Part shown: piece after piece, positions 22,277-30,057 of the stretch | How positions within the stretch are numbered: position 1 is the stretch's first letter | How the letters are laid out: every line of letters starts with the position of its first letter | Origin: Escherichia phage mobillu | Strand: one strand, 5' to 3' | Sequence record: MN850622.1 | DNA: 64,000 bases | Position numbers and translations under genes: made by a program | Notes under the pieces: generated by a model | Database searches by the model: none | Seen by the model: the letters and a program-made list of their open reading frames with translations, nothing else | What the model was told of the DNA's origin: nothing

Positions 22277-22285
22277 TAATAAATA
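22277..22285 (+). promoter_or_regulatory. late-promoter-like box TAATAAATA
   Basis: One mismatch to TATAAATA; same 9-mer recurs before e and gene 49; followed by palindrome AAGTTAATTAACTT. Confidence 0.4.
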
Positions 22286-22314
22286 GATAAGTTAATTAAC
22301 TTAGGAAAAGCAAC

Positions 22315-22779
22315 ATGAAATCATACGCTGAATTTTTGACTGAACAATCTAGTTCAGATGTAAAAGCCGCTGCGATTGCAGCAATTCAAGCAGGTAAATA
22401 TTCTTACAAAGACGCCTCTGATGAAGAACGTTTCCGTTTTATTAGAGATTTTAAAGCCGAAGGTTTTACTAATGCTAATACTGTTAGCCGAGTTTTTAAA
22501 AGCCTAGCTGCATCAGGTGAATTGTTCCAGAAAGCTACAGGTAAAGCACCTGCGCCAAAAACAGACCCTAAAGCAGCTCAAGAAAAAAATATCGCCAAAG
22601 GAATTATTTCTAAGTATGAAGCAATTCTTAAAGAGCTTTTAGTAATCAAAACAGAAGGCCAGAAACTGGCACGAGCACATAGCTTCAAAGATAATCCTCA
22701 CGCTCATAGCCTTGAGTATGTTGAAGATATCCAAAAACTTATTAAAGACCGTATCTGGTCTGCTAAACAAATTAAATAA
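22315..22779 (+). CDS. internal-protein-like, capsid-targeting sequence at N-terminus
   Basis: 154 aa; N-terminus MKSYAEFLTE matches the IP capsid targeting sequence consensus (MKTYQEFI.E) with LTE cleavage motif. Confidence 0.65.
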   Translation: MKSYAEFLTEQSSSDVKAAAIAAIQAGKYSYKDASDEERFRFIRDFKAEGFTNANTVSRVFKSLAASGELFQKATGKAPAPKTDPKAAQEKNIAKGIISKYEAILKELLVIKTEGQKLARAHSFKDNPHAHSLEYVEDIQKLIKDRIWSAKQIK

Positions 22780-22785
22780 TAGAAT

Positions 22786-22812
22786 GCCCCTTCCTTATGG
22801 TTGGGGCCTTTT
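22786..22812 (+). terminator. intrinsic terminator
   Basis: GCCCC-TTCCTTATGGTT-GGGGC hairpin then CTTTTGG. Confidence 0.6.
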
Positions 22813-22845
22813 GGTATCTAGGGCATAAAAATATTTCATAAAGAT

Positions 22846-22892
22846 GTTTACTTCTTCTAAGGACATGATACTATAGACTTATCAACCATAGA
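22846..22892 (+). promoter_or_regulatory. PeSL-like early promoter
   Basis: GTTTAC, -10 TACTAT, partial inverted repeat reaching the SD. Confidence 0.55.
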
Positions 22893-22902
22893 GGAAAATG
22901 TT

Positions 22903-23406
22903 ATGAGTCTTTACACTGAACTGAATAAAAAATCTGAAGAATCTGCTGAAACTATTTTTAAAAACGTGCAAAAGCGTATTTTGGAAAAGATGTACGATGC
23001 AGCATCTAAAGGTGAAAAATCTTGCCGGTTTCCGATGAGGTGTTCTTCTGATTTATGCGCAAATACTATTGAATGGCTGGAAAGTGAAGGTCTTACGGTA
23101 GAGAAAAACCCGGCGACTTCTATTGACGGCGAATCATATATTAGTATTTCTTGGGATAAATCAAGGGTAGAAGAGAAAGATGGTGATTGGGTTGTAGATG
23201 TTAAAACTTCTGATGGTGGACGTTCTGTTGAAGTTTCGGCTGTAGTTAAAGGTACCCACGAACAAAGGACTTGGGGTTGGGGTGGTGAAGAAAAAGAAAT
23301 TGTTCTTAGTGTGATTGCCAGGTCAACTAGTAATAAAATTGCACAAAGCATCATTGACGCTGCAATTGCTGAAGCAGAAAAAATTTGCAAAATTAAAAAT
23401 AAATGA
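22903..23406 (+). CDS. hypothetical protein
   Basis: 167 aa charged protein after GAGGAAAA SD; fully antisense ORF 22911..23420 judged artefactual. Confidence 0.6.
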   Translation: MSLYTELNKKSEESAETIFKNVQKRILEKMYDAASKGEKSCRFPMRCSSDLCANTIEWLESEGLTVEKNPATSIDGESYISISWDKSRVEEKDGDWVVDVKTSDGGRSVEVSAVVKGTHEQRTWGWGGEEKEIVLSVIARSTSNKIAQSIIDAAIAEAEKICKIKNK

Positions 23407-23455
23407 TGTACAAACGCCAAGGATGGTGGTACTATAGACTTATCAACTACAGAGG
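23406..23455 (+). promoter_or_regulatory. PeSL-like early promoter
   Basis: TGTACA -35 variant, 17-bp spacer, TACTAT; downstream arm contains GAGGAG SD. Confidence 0.55.
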
Positions 23456-23464
23456 AGTAACAAA

Positions 23465-23629
23465 ATGACTACTTTAATTATTTGGTTCGATGAAAATGAA
23501 GAAACATACTGTGTGAATATTGATGAAAGTCCAATGCCTGAATTTGAATCCTCGGATAAAAACTCTGTTGTATCTTGGGCTGAAGGTTATAAAGCAGCTA
23601 AAGGTGACGTTGAAATAATTTACATCTAA
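23465..23629 (+). CDS. small hypothetical protein (54 aa)
   Basis: ATG 8 nt after GAGGAG; below the 60-aa track cutoff. Confidence 0.4.
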   Translation: MTTLIIWFDENEETYCVNIDESPMPEFESSDKNSVVSWAEGYKAAKGDVEIIYI

Positions 23630-23660
23630 GTAAGTTTATGTTATAGTAGTCCTATCAAAT
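23617..23660 (+). promoter_or_regulatory. PeSL-like early promoter
   Basis: TTTACA, 17-bp spacer, TATAGT, right arm TAGTCCTATC. Confidence 0.55.
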
Positions 23661-23675
23661 CAAGAGGAAAACAAA

Positions 23676-23903
23676 ATGGCTAAAGTTAGTATTGATGTCG
23701 TTGATTATGAATACACAGAAGAAGTTATTCGCAACCGCCACCCTGAAGTTCGTATCGATTCAGTCCAAGATTCCAAGTTCTGGACAACTGAGCTTAATCT
23801 GAGTGGTCCTTATGAAGCTGTTAAGAAGTTCATGGTTGAAGAATACTGCGAAGGCATGCACCCCGAAGACGCCAAGTTTTATGTCAATTTGATTAAAAAA
23901 TAA
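23676..23903 (+). CDS. hypothetical protein
   Basis: 75 aa ORF after AGAGGAAAA SD. Confidence 0.55.
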   Translation: MAKVSIDVVDYEYTEEVIRNRHPEVRIDSVQDSKFWTTELNLSGPYEAVKKFMVEEYCEGMHPEDAKFYVNLIKK

Positions 23904-23945
23904 TTTACAAACTCTTGAGAGCAGAGTATAATGCTCTCGTTGGAT
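23903..23945 (+). promoter_or_regulatory. PeSL-like early promoter (near-identical copy at 53513)
   Basis: TTTACA, 17 bp, TATAAT flanked by inverted repeat GAGAGC/GCTCTC. Confidence 0.6.
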
Positions 23946-23973
23946 AATAAACCACCAATTGAAAGGTAATAAT

Positions 23974-24567
23974 ATGAACACACTGAAGAAACTTGTTGAA
24001 TTCATCCGCACTAAACTGGGTACTGCTATGGCTAAAAATCTGACTGTCGAAGAACAGTATAACGCAGCTGCAGATAAGTTGATTACCCAAATCAAAGAAC
24101 TAAAAACGGCTTCTGTTAAATCTATTAATGAAGAAAAACGTATTCGCGAACTTGTTAATGAAAAGAACAAGCAAGCCGCTTCTAAGGAACGTGAAATTCG
24201 TAAGCTCCTGGCTGAAGGACAAGATGTTACCATGCATGCTAAGCTTGGTCTTCTGTATCGTCGAACTGCCGAACAACTTAATACAAAAGCTGACGGGTAT
24301 GCCGCTATGCGAATTGAAATTGCTCGTAAGGTGGTTGAACTTGATGATGCTCGTCAGAATCTGGCAATCAAACTCGAATACATTCGTGAAACTCGAGCAG
24401 CCAATGCCCTTGGTATCTCTACGGCTGATGATGTAATTGAAATCGCTGCACTGACTAAGGTTGATATCGAAGACACTCTGACTCGTGTTGAAACGTTCAA
24501 TGGCACTCCAGCCGGCGTCGAAACCACTTCTGCTGATGTACAAGAATATATTAACTCTTTGAAATAA
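23974..24567 (+). CDS. coiled-coil protein, possibly PspA/IM30-like
   Basis: Internal [19 protein letters not shown]... with AAAGGTAA SD; long heptad-like helical sequence; family call is weak. Confidence 0.55.
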   Translation: MNTLKKLVEFIRTKLGTAMAKNLTVEEQYNAAADKLITQIKELKTASVKSINEEKRIRELVNEKNKQAASKEREIRKLLAEGQDVTMHAKLGLLYRRTAEQLNTKADGYAAMRIEIARKVVELDDARQNLAIKLEYIRETRAANALGISTADDVIEIAALTKVDIEDTLTRVETFNGTPAGVETTSADVQEYINSLK

Positions 24568-24575
24568 AATAATAC

Positions 24576-24597
24576 GGAGGACTCCGGTCCTCCTTTT
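24576..24597 (+). terminator. intrinsic terminator
   Basis: GGAGGACT-CC-GGTCCTCC hairpin then TTTT. Confidence 0.7.
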
Positions 24598-24616
24598 GGA
24601 TAATAAAGGAGTTAAC

Positions 24617-25219
24617 ATGCGAAACCAAAATAATGATATTGACTCAATGTTCGAAGAGTTCCGAGATAAGGTAAATCCACCTACGTCTTTAGTTGATTCA
24701 TTACGATATGTTGCAACCGGACGTAAATGGTACTGGTCGTCTTCTTATGAGACCACCGAGAAAACGGCTAGCCATAGCAGAAAATCTTTATTAGCCCCAG
24801 GTATTATGATTCATGATATCGGAGCTATTGCTAAACTAGTTGCAGACCATGATATTAGATTCACTGATTTCGTTGCTCCTACGTGGTCTGTTTGTTGTTT
24901 AAACACTGAATGGGAATATATCAGCGAACGCTCTGAAGATTATTATGGCTTTAGAGATAAGCTTCTGAGGTCTAATATGTTTTATATCGATACAGAAGTT
25001 CTAGTCGATAATAAAAAATATTACTTTACGTTAATCATCGATTCTGAAACTATGTATGAAGGCAAGCCTTTGCTTAAAAGAGTTGATGCTTTAAGTGCTA
25101 TTGATGCGCTTTATGAAACTATGGTTGTTAGTCCTAATTTCACTAACAATTTAATCCTTGAGCAATTTATTATGGAATGTAGAGAATATGTCAAAGCCAA
25201 CCCTATACATGCCAAGTAA
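24617..25219 (+). CDS. hypothetical protein
   Basis: ATG MRNQNNDIDSMFEEF... after AAGGAG SD. Confidence 0.6.
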   Translation: MRNQNNDIDSMFEEFRDKVNPPTSLVDSLRYVATGRKWYWSSSYETTEKTASHSRKSLLAPGIMIHDIGAIAKLVADHDIRFTDFVAPTWSVCCLNTEWEYISERSEDYYGFRDKLLRSNMFYIDTEVLVDNKKYYFTLIIDSETMYEGKPLLKRVDALSAIDALYETMVVSPNFTNNLILEQFIMECREYVKANPIHAK

Positions 25220-25583
25220 GCCCTGGGCGTATGAATACAAGCGTAAATTAATCCCAAATGAAGTACTATTTGGCCCTATTTTAGCTTTAGCATTTTTAAT
25301 CTTTATGATTATAGGAGCTGTTTTAGATTCTAGTGAAGTTATATCGTCTGATGCAGCATTTTCATTAATGTTCGTCGCACCACTTATTGTACCGTTTTTA
25401 TTAATGCCTATTAATTGGGTAGGATATTGGCACCAAGGCCGTCATCACAGAGCCCGATTAAGAGAATGGAAAGTTCAGTGCGCAAAAGCCCAAGCTCAGT
25501 ATGATGAAGCTGTTAAAAAGTATGAATATGAAGAAGCTATGGAATTCGTTAAGGAAATAAGATGCAAAAGCCTCAACTCTTAA
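25188..25583 (+). CDS. small membrane protein, C-terminal ...EFVKEIR family
   Basis: Hydrophobic segments; start uncertain (overlaps upstream gene). Confidence 0.45.
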   Translation: MSKPTLYMPSKPWAYEYKRKLIPNEVLFGPILALAFLIFMIIGAVLDSSEVISSDAAFSLMFVAPLIVPFLLMPINWVGYWHQGRHHRARLREWKVQCAKAQAQYDEAVKKYEYEEAMEFVKEIRCKSLNS

Positions 25584-25921
25584 CCGTATGGCCTTCTCTT
25601 GGTGAGAACATTCTAATTTTTATTATGAGTATTGGCATGGGATTTGCCTTTGGATTAGTTGGATTTCTTATTGACGGCGTTGTGTTAGGATTTATAGGGA
25701 ACACTGGTGGATTCACAGACCAATGGCAGGACTTACGGTATACCCAAGCCTTTGCATCCATCGCATCATTTTGTACTGTAGTCTATTTTTACTACGATTT
25801 TATAAACCATAACAAGAAAAATAAAAAGATTTACGCTTCTCAAATGATTAGTTATAATGAACTTCTAGCTAAACGTGAAAATGAAACAATCGAAAACTTT
25901 ATTAAGGAATGTAGAAAATGA
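25562..25921 (+). CDS. small membrane protein, C-terminal ENFIKECR family
   Basis: ATG after AGGAAATAAG; two predicted TM stretches; conserved C-terminus shared with 28339 and 29540 ORFs. Confidence 0.55.
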   Translation: MQKPQLLTVWPSLGENILIFIMSIGMGFAFGLVGFLIDGVVLGFIGNTGGFTDQWQDLRYTQAFASIASFCTVVYFYYDFINHNKKNKKIYASQMISYNELLAKRENETIENFIKECRK

Positions 25922-26223
25922 GTAAGATTATTGAAATTAAAGTACCAGAGTTTAATGATGCCAAATCCGCTTCAGATGCAATTTATAAACTTCTGAATCA
26001 AGCTGAACGTATCGAAGAAGAAGCAACAAAGATCGCAGACCAATATGCCGTATCATTTTCTGTAGGTGATTATGGTAGCGGTCGTACTTATTATCCTAAG
26101 GGTGAAATCGTATCCCAGTGGATGAAAGATGAAATTGAAAATAATGGTGGCGATGTTAAGCGTGAAGGTAATGGTTACGTTATTACTGAAGGTGCTTGGG
26201 TTTCGTCTTCTGCGTTGTGCTAA
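25918..26223 (+). CDS. small protein, tandem paralogue 1 (C-terminal GWVSSS..C)
   Basis: 101 aa; C-terminus EGAWVSSSALC; ATGA overlap with upstream gene. Confidence 0.6.
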   Translation: MSKIIEIKVPEFNDAKSASDAIYKLLNQAERIEEEATKIADQYAVSFSVGDYGSGRTYYPKGEIVSQWMKDEIENNGGDVKREGNGYVITEGAWVSSSALC

Positions 26224-26232
26224 GGAATCGTT

Positions 26233-26505
26233 ATGTCTAAAGAACAAACCGAACTGGCTGAAGCTGTAGCAAAAATCTATGCAGCTATTGAGGCTGCCAA
26301 AGAAATTGCTGATAAACAAAACACAACATTCAACTTGTACCCAGCTTATGGTATGGGTGGAACCTATCATTCACCCGGACATCTTAAAGCCGATCTTGAA
26401 CGTTGTACAAAAAACGGCTATGCTGAATGGGCTGACGTTTACCAATACGACTACAACCTGAGCCTCGAAACCGGTGGTTGGGTCGCATCTTCTCACACTT
26501 GCTAA
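26233..26505 (+). CDS. small protein, tandem paralogue 2
   Basis: 90 aa; C-terminus GGWVASSHTC; junction TGCTAAGGAA shared with paralogue 1. Confidence 0.6.
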   Translation: MSKEQTELAEAVAKIYAAIEAAKEIADKQNTTFNLYPAYGMGGTYHSPGHLKADLERCTKNGYAEWADVYQYDYNLSLETGGWVASSHTC

Positions 26506-26514
26506 GGAAACAAT

Positions 26515-26712
26515 ATGTCTCGTGAATTAGATTGTGCTGTACGTACGGCAGTAGCTGCTCTGGAAAACCTGTTCCAAATTGCAACAGAAGAACGCGAAGA
26601 AGTTACATTATGGATTGAAGATAACGCAGGTCTGAATCTCCAGGACGCGATCTCATTATCCCACAATAGTATCACTGTTCAAGGCTGGGTATCATCTAGT
26701 TATTCTTGCTAA
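26515..26712 (+). CDS. small protein, tandem paralogue 3
   Basis: 65 aa; C-terminus QGWVSSSYSC. Confidence 0.55.
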   Translation: MSRELDCAVRTAVAALENLFQIATEEREEVTLWIEDNAGLNLQDAISLSHNSITVQGWVSSSYSC

Positions 26713-26715
26713 AAC

Positions 26716-26756
26716 AGTTTACAACAAGATAGGGCTATGTTATAGTAGTCCTATCA
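26716..26756 (+). promoter_or_regulatory. PeSL-like early promoter
   Basis: GTTTACA, TATAGT, inverted repeat GATAGGGCTA/TAGTCCTATC. Confidence 0.6.
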
Positions 26757-26774
26757 AAACAAATGGAGTCCACA

Positions 26775-27014
26775 ATGATTTATTACGAAAGTATCGGAAC
26801 CAAAGTGGTTGGTAAAACCATTACTCGTGAAAAGTTTGCAAAGATATTCGATATGCGTTATAAAAAATCTGAACACAAAGGCATCCGATTCGAAGATGCG
26901 CACTGTACAATTTGCCCTTATAATGAAGACATAAACGGTACAATCGTTCCATTGGTAGAGGCTTCACATGATGACCTCTGGGATGAATATAATATCGCAT
27001 GTCGTGAAATTTAA
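26775..27014 (+). CDS. hypothetical protein (Cys/His-containing)
   Basis: ATG MIYYESIG... 7 nt after GGAG. Confidence 0.5.
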   Translation: MIYYESIGTKVVGKTITREKFAKIFDMRYKKSEHKGIRFEDAHCTICPYNEDINGTIVPLVEASHDDLWDEYNIACREI

Positions 27015-27042
27015 GTTAATGAATTAATCCGAGGAAAATATT

Positions 27043-27999
27043 ATGTTGTTAGTTATTGGTTCTCGTGCACTTCACTATCACGGTCTTATTGATTCTAGCG
27101 CTATTAAAAATAGTGATTGGGACTTTATTGCGGACCAAGGTTCTTGGAATGCATTCAAAAATCAAATGATGGGTGTATATGTTCACCAAGATAACCCTGA
27201 TGTCCAAGTTTTCAAATGCTTCCATAATGGACGCGAAACTCATTTTGAAGCATACATCGTTCCGGCTATCACTAACGTTCGCGAACTAGTCGGTGAACTC
27301 ACTCCTGAAGATTTCACGTCTTCTTATGACCTTTTAAAATACGCCAAGAAAAATTTGGCTAAAGACCGTTTGAACGGGTTTTACTGGGCAACTCCTGAGA
27401 TATGTCTTGCAATTAAGATGTCTCATCGTTTCAAGAAAAATAATCCATTCTTTTTAAAGACTATGAACCATATTCAGTATCTTCGTGGTAAAGGTGTTAC
27501 ACTGAACGATGAACTTACTGAAATTATGCTGAAACGCCAGAAAGAAACCTTGAATTATGCTCACCCAGTTCTTGACACTTCTAAAAGTGCGTTCTTTAAA
27601 GATGACATCTATACGTATGACCATGATACTATCCATGAAGCCATTGCACTAACTGACCAGCCTGCTTATAAGTTTTATATGAAAGAAGGCTCAGAAGTTA
27701 TGACATCACGCGAGAAGTTCGAATCATTACCAGAAATGGTTAAATTAGCCGGTGTATATGAAGAAGCTTGTGTATTAGCTCTTGAACGTTCACAGATTCC
27801 TAACGACTTTAAAATCCATCCACGTGATAGTTTTATGATGGCCCTTGAAAAGGTCTGTACATCAATCACATCAGGATGGTTCCGTGAGTTCGCTTGGGAA
27901 AATTATAGCAAAGTAGTAAGTATGTACCAAAGCTTAGGACACGACGATTACGTCAAGCGTTTCAAACAAAACTTTCATATGGTAAAACCTTTCAAATAA
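27043..27999 (+). CDS. hypothetical protein with nucleotidyltransferase-like N-terminal motif
   Basis: 318 aa; N-terminus VIGSRALHYHGLIDSSAIKNSDWDF resembles the G-S...D-x-D Pol-beta NTase signature (spacing longer than typical). Confidence 0.6.
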   Translation: MLLVIGSRALHYHGLIDSSAIKNSDWDFIADQGSWNAFKNQMMGVYVHQDNPDVQVFKCFHNGRETHFEAYIVPAITNVRELVGELTPEDFTSSYDLLKYAKKNLAKDRLNGFYWATPEICLAIKMSHRFKKNNPFFLKTMNHIQYLRGKGVTLNDELTEIMLKRQKETLNYAHPVLDTSKSAFFKDDIYTYDHDTIHEAIALTDQPAYKFYMKEGSEVMTSREKFESLPEMVKLAGVYEEACVLALERSQIPNDFKIHPRDSFMMALEKVCTSITSGWFREFAWENYSKVVSMYQSLGHDDYVKRFKQNFHMVKPFK

Positions 28000-28011
28000 T
28001 TTCACAAAACA

Positions 28012-28050
28012 GTTTACAAGGTCTGTAGTTGTTGATACTATAGACCTATC
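28012..28050 (+). promoter_or_regulatory. PeSL-like early promoter
   Basis: GTTTACA, 17 bp, TACTAT, inverted repeat around -10. Confidence 0.6.
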
Positions 28051-28079
28051 AAAACAAATGAGTGAATGGAGATATAAAA

Positions 28080-28280
28080 ATGACTACTTTGAATAAACGT
28101 TTCGGTAAAGCTAAACCTGGTTGTGCAGCAGAACGTCGTTATGTTTTCGCTCAGTTAGAAGATGTAGAGTATCAGATTAATCAAGTTCACATTACTGGTA
28201 TCGAGCCTATGTGTGGCCTTGAAGCTCTTCGTGAAGTTCGTGATGGGTATCGTCGTGACATCGAAGAAATGTCAAAATAA
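28080..28280 (+). CDS. hypothetical protein
   Basis: ATG MTTLNKRFGKAKPG... after TGGAGA SD. Confidence 0.5.
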   Translation: MTTLNKRFGKAKPGCAAERRYVFAQLEDVEYQINQVHITGIEPMCGLEALREVRDGYRRDIEEMSK

Positions 28281-28320
28281 GTGTACAAACTGATAGGACT
28301 ATGTTATAGTAGTCCTATTA
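28281..28320 (+). promoter_or_regulatory. PeSL-like early promoter
   Basis: TGTACA, TATAGT, inverted repeat GATAGGACTA/TAGTCCTAT. Confidence 0.6.
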
Positions 28321-28338
28321 AAACATGAGGAGAATATT

Positions 28339-28644
28339 ATGAAATTAGGCGAAACCAACCGAATTGGTCTTTTAACAATATTTGTATCACTTTTTTACGC
28401 AGCTCTTTCTGTTGCAGTATTACAAAAGGCTTACAGTATGGATGGTGTTCCTGGTTTTGTATTCTTATCGCCGTTTTTGCTATTCGTTGGAGCATTGTTA
28501 TTATATGCCACGACTAGTTTCGACCATAACGTCTGGGTCAATTATAAATGTAAATTGTCTGAAGAAGAACACGCAGAAGCTCGTAAAAAAGCTATTGAAT
28601 CTACCAATCTAGAAAATTTCATTAAAGAATGTCGAGGAAAATAA
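28339..28644 (+). CDS. small membrane protein, C-terminal ENFIKECR family
   Basis: 101 aa, two hydrophobic helices, C-terminus NLENFIKECRGK. Confidence 0.6.
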   Translation: MKLGETNRIGLLTIFVSLFYAALSVAVLQKAYSMDGVPGFVFLSPFLLFVGALLLYATTSFDHNVWVNYKCKLSEEEHAEARKKAIESTNLENFIKECRGK

Positions 28645-28645
28645 T

Positions 28646-29332
28646 ATGAATAGTTCTAAAGTGTTTAATAGTCAAGCTCGTGCAGTTGGTAGTTTTGCAC
28701 ATAACGTACAAAATGACCGAATCAAAAATGAACCAATGTTCTTTAATTGTGATTTGGGTTTTGCTTGGGATAATGGTGGCTCAATCACTCGTAGCTTTAT
28801 TGCCAATCTCCCAATTGATTGGACTAATCAACATGTTGTATTTGATTCTCGGGTTCATATGCTGATGCCTGGGTGGTATCCTGCTATCCCTGGATACCAC
28901 CATGACGATGTTCCTCGCCCTGATATTCCAGTTGGTCAACACTTTATTACTGCAGGACAACCTGACTATGACAACCCTCGTTACCATTCTGAACATATTC
29001 TTGGTCTTGTTAACGCTGACGTGTGTCCTACTCATTTTGCAACAGGAACTGCAGAGTTCAGTCAGATTCCTGATGGCGAACTTATCTATCGCCAGTGGCA
29101 CAAAGAAGTCCTCGAAAAAATTGAAAAAGGTGAACTAGAGAAATGGGAAGCTCCAGACCGTACTCTTCTTCAGTTTGATTGGCAAACATGGCACACTGGT
29201 TCTCGTGCAATTAGTAATGGATGGCGTTGGTTCGGACGTGTATCTCGTAATACAGACCGAGTTAAAAAGATTACCAATGAAATTCGTGTCAACGCTCAAG
29301 TTTATCTGGAATTCCCTATGGAAGGCTGGTAA
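28646..29332 (+). CDS. hypothetical protein; candidate 2OG-Fe(II) oxygenase fold
   Basis: 228 aa; GYHHDDVP (HxD-like) and WHTGSRAISNGWRWFGRVS (His then R-x-S about 12-15 residues later); motif-level only. Confidence 0.6.
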   Translation: MNSSKVFNSQARAVGSFAHNVQNDRIKNEPMFFNCDLGFAWDNGGSITRSFIANLPIDWTNQHVVFDSRVHMLMPGWYPAIPGYHHDDVPRPDIPVGQHFITAGQPDYDNPRYHSEHILGLVNADVCPTHFATGTAEFSQIPDGELIYRQWHKEVLEKIEKGELEKWEAPDRTLLQFDWQTWHTGSRAISNGWRWFGRVSRNTDRVKKITNEIRVNAQVYLEFPMEGW

Positions 29333-29613
29333 TGATTAACAAAACATATTGGTCTAATATAGACGACGGCAATAAAGGTATTTCATACTATTCAATAGAT
29401 TGGACAGGATGTCCATCCTACTTAGTTAAACGTATTTGCCAAGAATTTAAAATCGACCAGCCAGCAGGTATTATCGTGAACAGATACATTAACGGTTATC
29501 AACCTATCGATGAAGTAATACGAACAACTCAAGCTGATCTTGAAAAGTTTTTCAATAAGTGCCAATGGATCGCAGGATGGATTATATTTGTACCATCGGT
29601 ATGGTTTTTTTAG
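29332..29613 (+). CDS. hypothetical protein with hydrophobic C-terminus
   Basis: 93 aa; ends at a T7 homopolymer overlapping the next reading frame. Confidence 0.55.
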   Translation: MINKTYWSNIDDGNKGISYYSIDWTGCPSYLVKRICQEFKIDQPAGIIVNRYINGYQPIDEVIRTTQADLEKFFNKCQWIAGWIIFVPSVWFF

Positions 29614-29824
29614 TACTAAGGTGAGTTCTTTCGGTTTTGTTGATATTATTGCTATCTTATTAGCATCTACTATCGTAAGTATTATTGGTGGCATCATTGG
29701 CGGCGGCACTGTCGCTATCATTATTAATCTTATTAAAAGTAGTTTACAAGAACATAAAGACAAGATAAAAGCCAAGAATAATGAAGTTGAACGTTTTATT
29801 ACCGAATGCAGGAATTTGAGATGA
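29540..29824 (+). CDS. ENFIKECR-family C-terminal module; start undefined (possible frameshift fusion with 29332 ORF)
   Basis: Frame has TM segment and C-terminus NNEVERFITECRNLR but no ATG near the previous gene's stop; GTG at 29621 possible. Confidence 0.4.
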   Translation: MKSFSISANGSQDGLYLYHRYGFFSTKVSSFGFVDIIAILLASTIVSIIGGIIGGGTVAIIINLIKSSLQEHKDKIKAKNNEVERFITECRNLR

Positions 29825-30057
29825 GTATAGCAATTTACATTAAATCAGAATCATGTGATAGTTATCTGTACACATACGATAAAGATGTGTCAGAAGAAAA
29901 AATCAAAGACGACCTTAATATGGACCTTGATATGTTCTGTCCTATTGCAGATTACAAACTTGCGGTCTCTAATAGTGAAAGTCCATCTAAAGAAACGCGC
30001 ATTGAAGAATTTATGTCCGAATTAATGGCCAAATCATGGGACCGAGTTGATGAGTAA
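29821..30057 (+). CDS. hypothetical acidic protein
   Basis: ATG MSIAIYIKSES... with ATGA overlap. Confidence 0.5.
   Translation: MSIAIYIKSESCDSYLYTYDKDVSEEKIKDDLNMDLDMFCPIADYKLAVSNSESPSKETRIEEFMSELMAKSWDRVDE

Noticed and set aside
22911-23420. Minus-strand ORF (169 aa) fully antisense to the 22903..23406 plus-strand gene; similar antisense ORFs at 23760..24233, 24100..24618, 30500..30841, 30997..31341, 57547..58035 and 62033..62626
   Set aside because: Low-complexity Ser/Thr/Leu-rich translations, no SD, and they oppose the uniform plus-strand operon structure where the sense ORFs have SDs and in several cases T4 homology.
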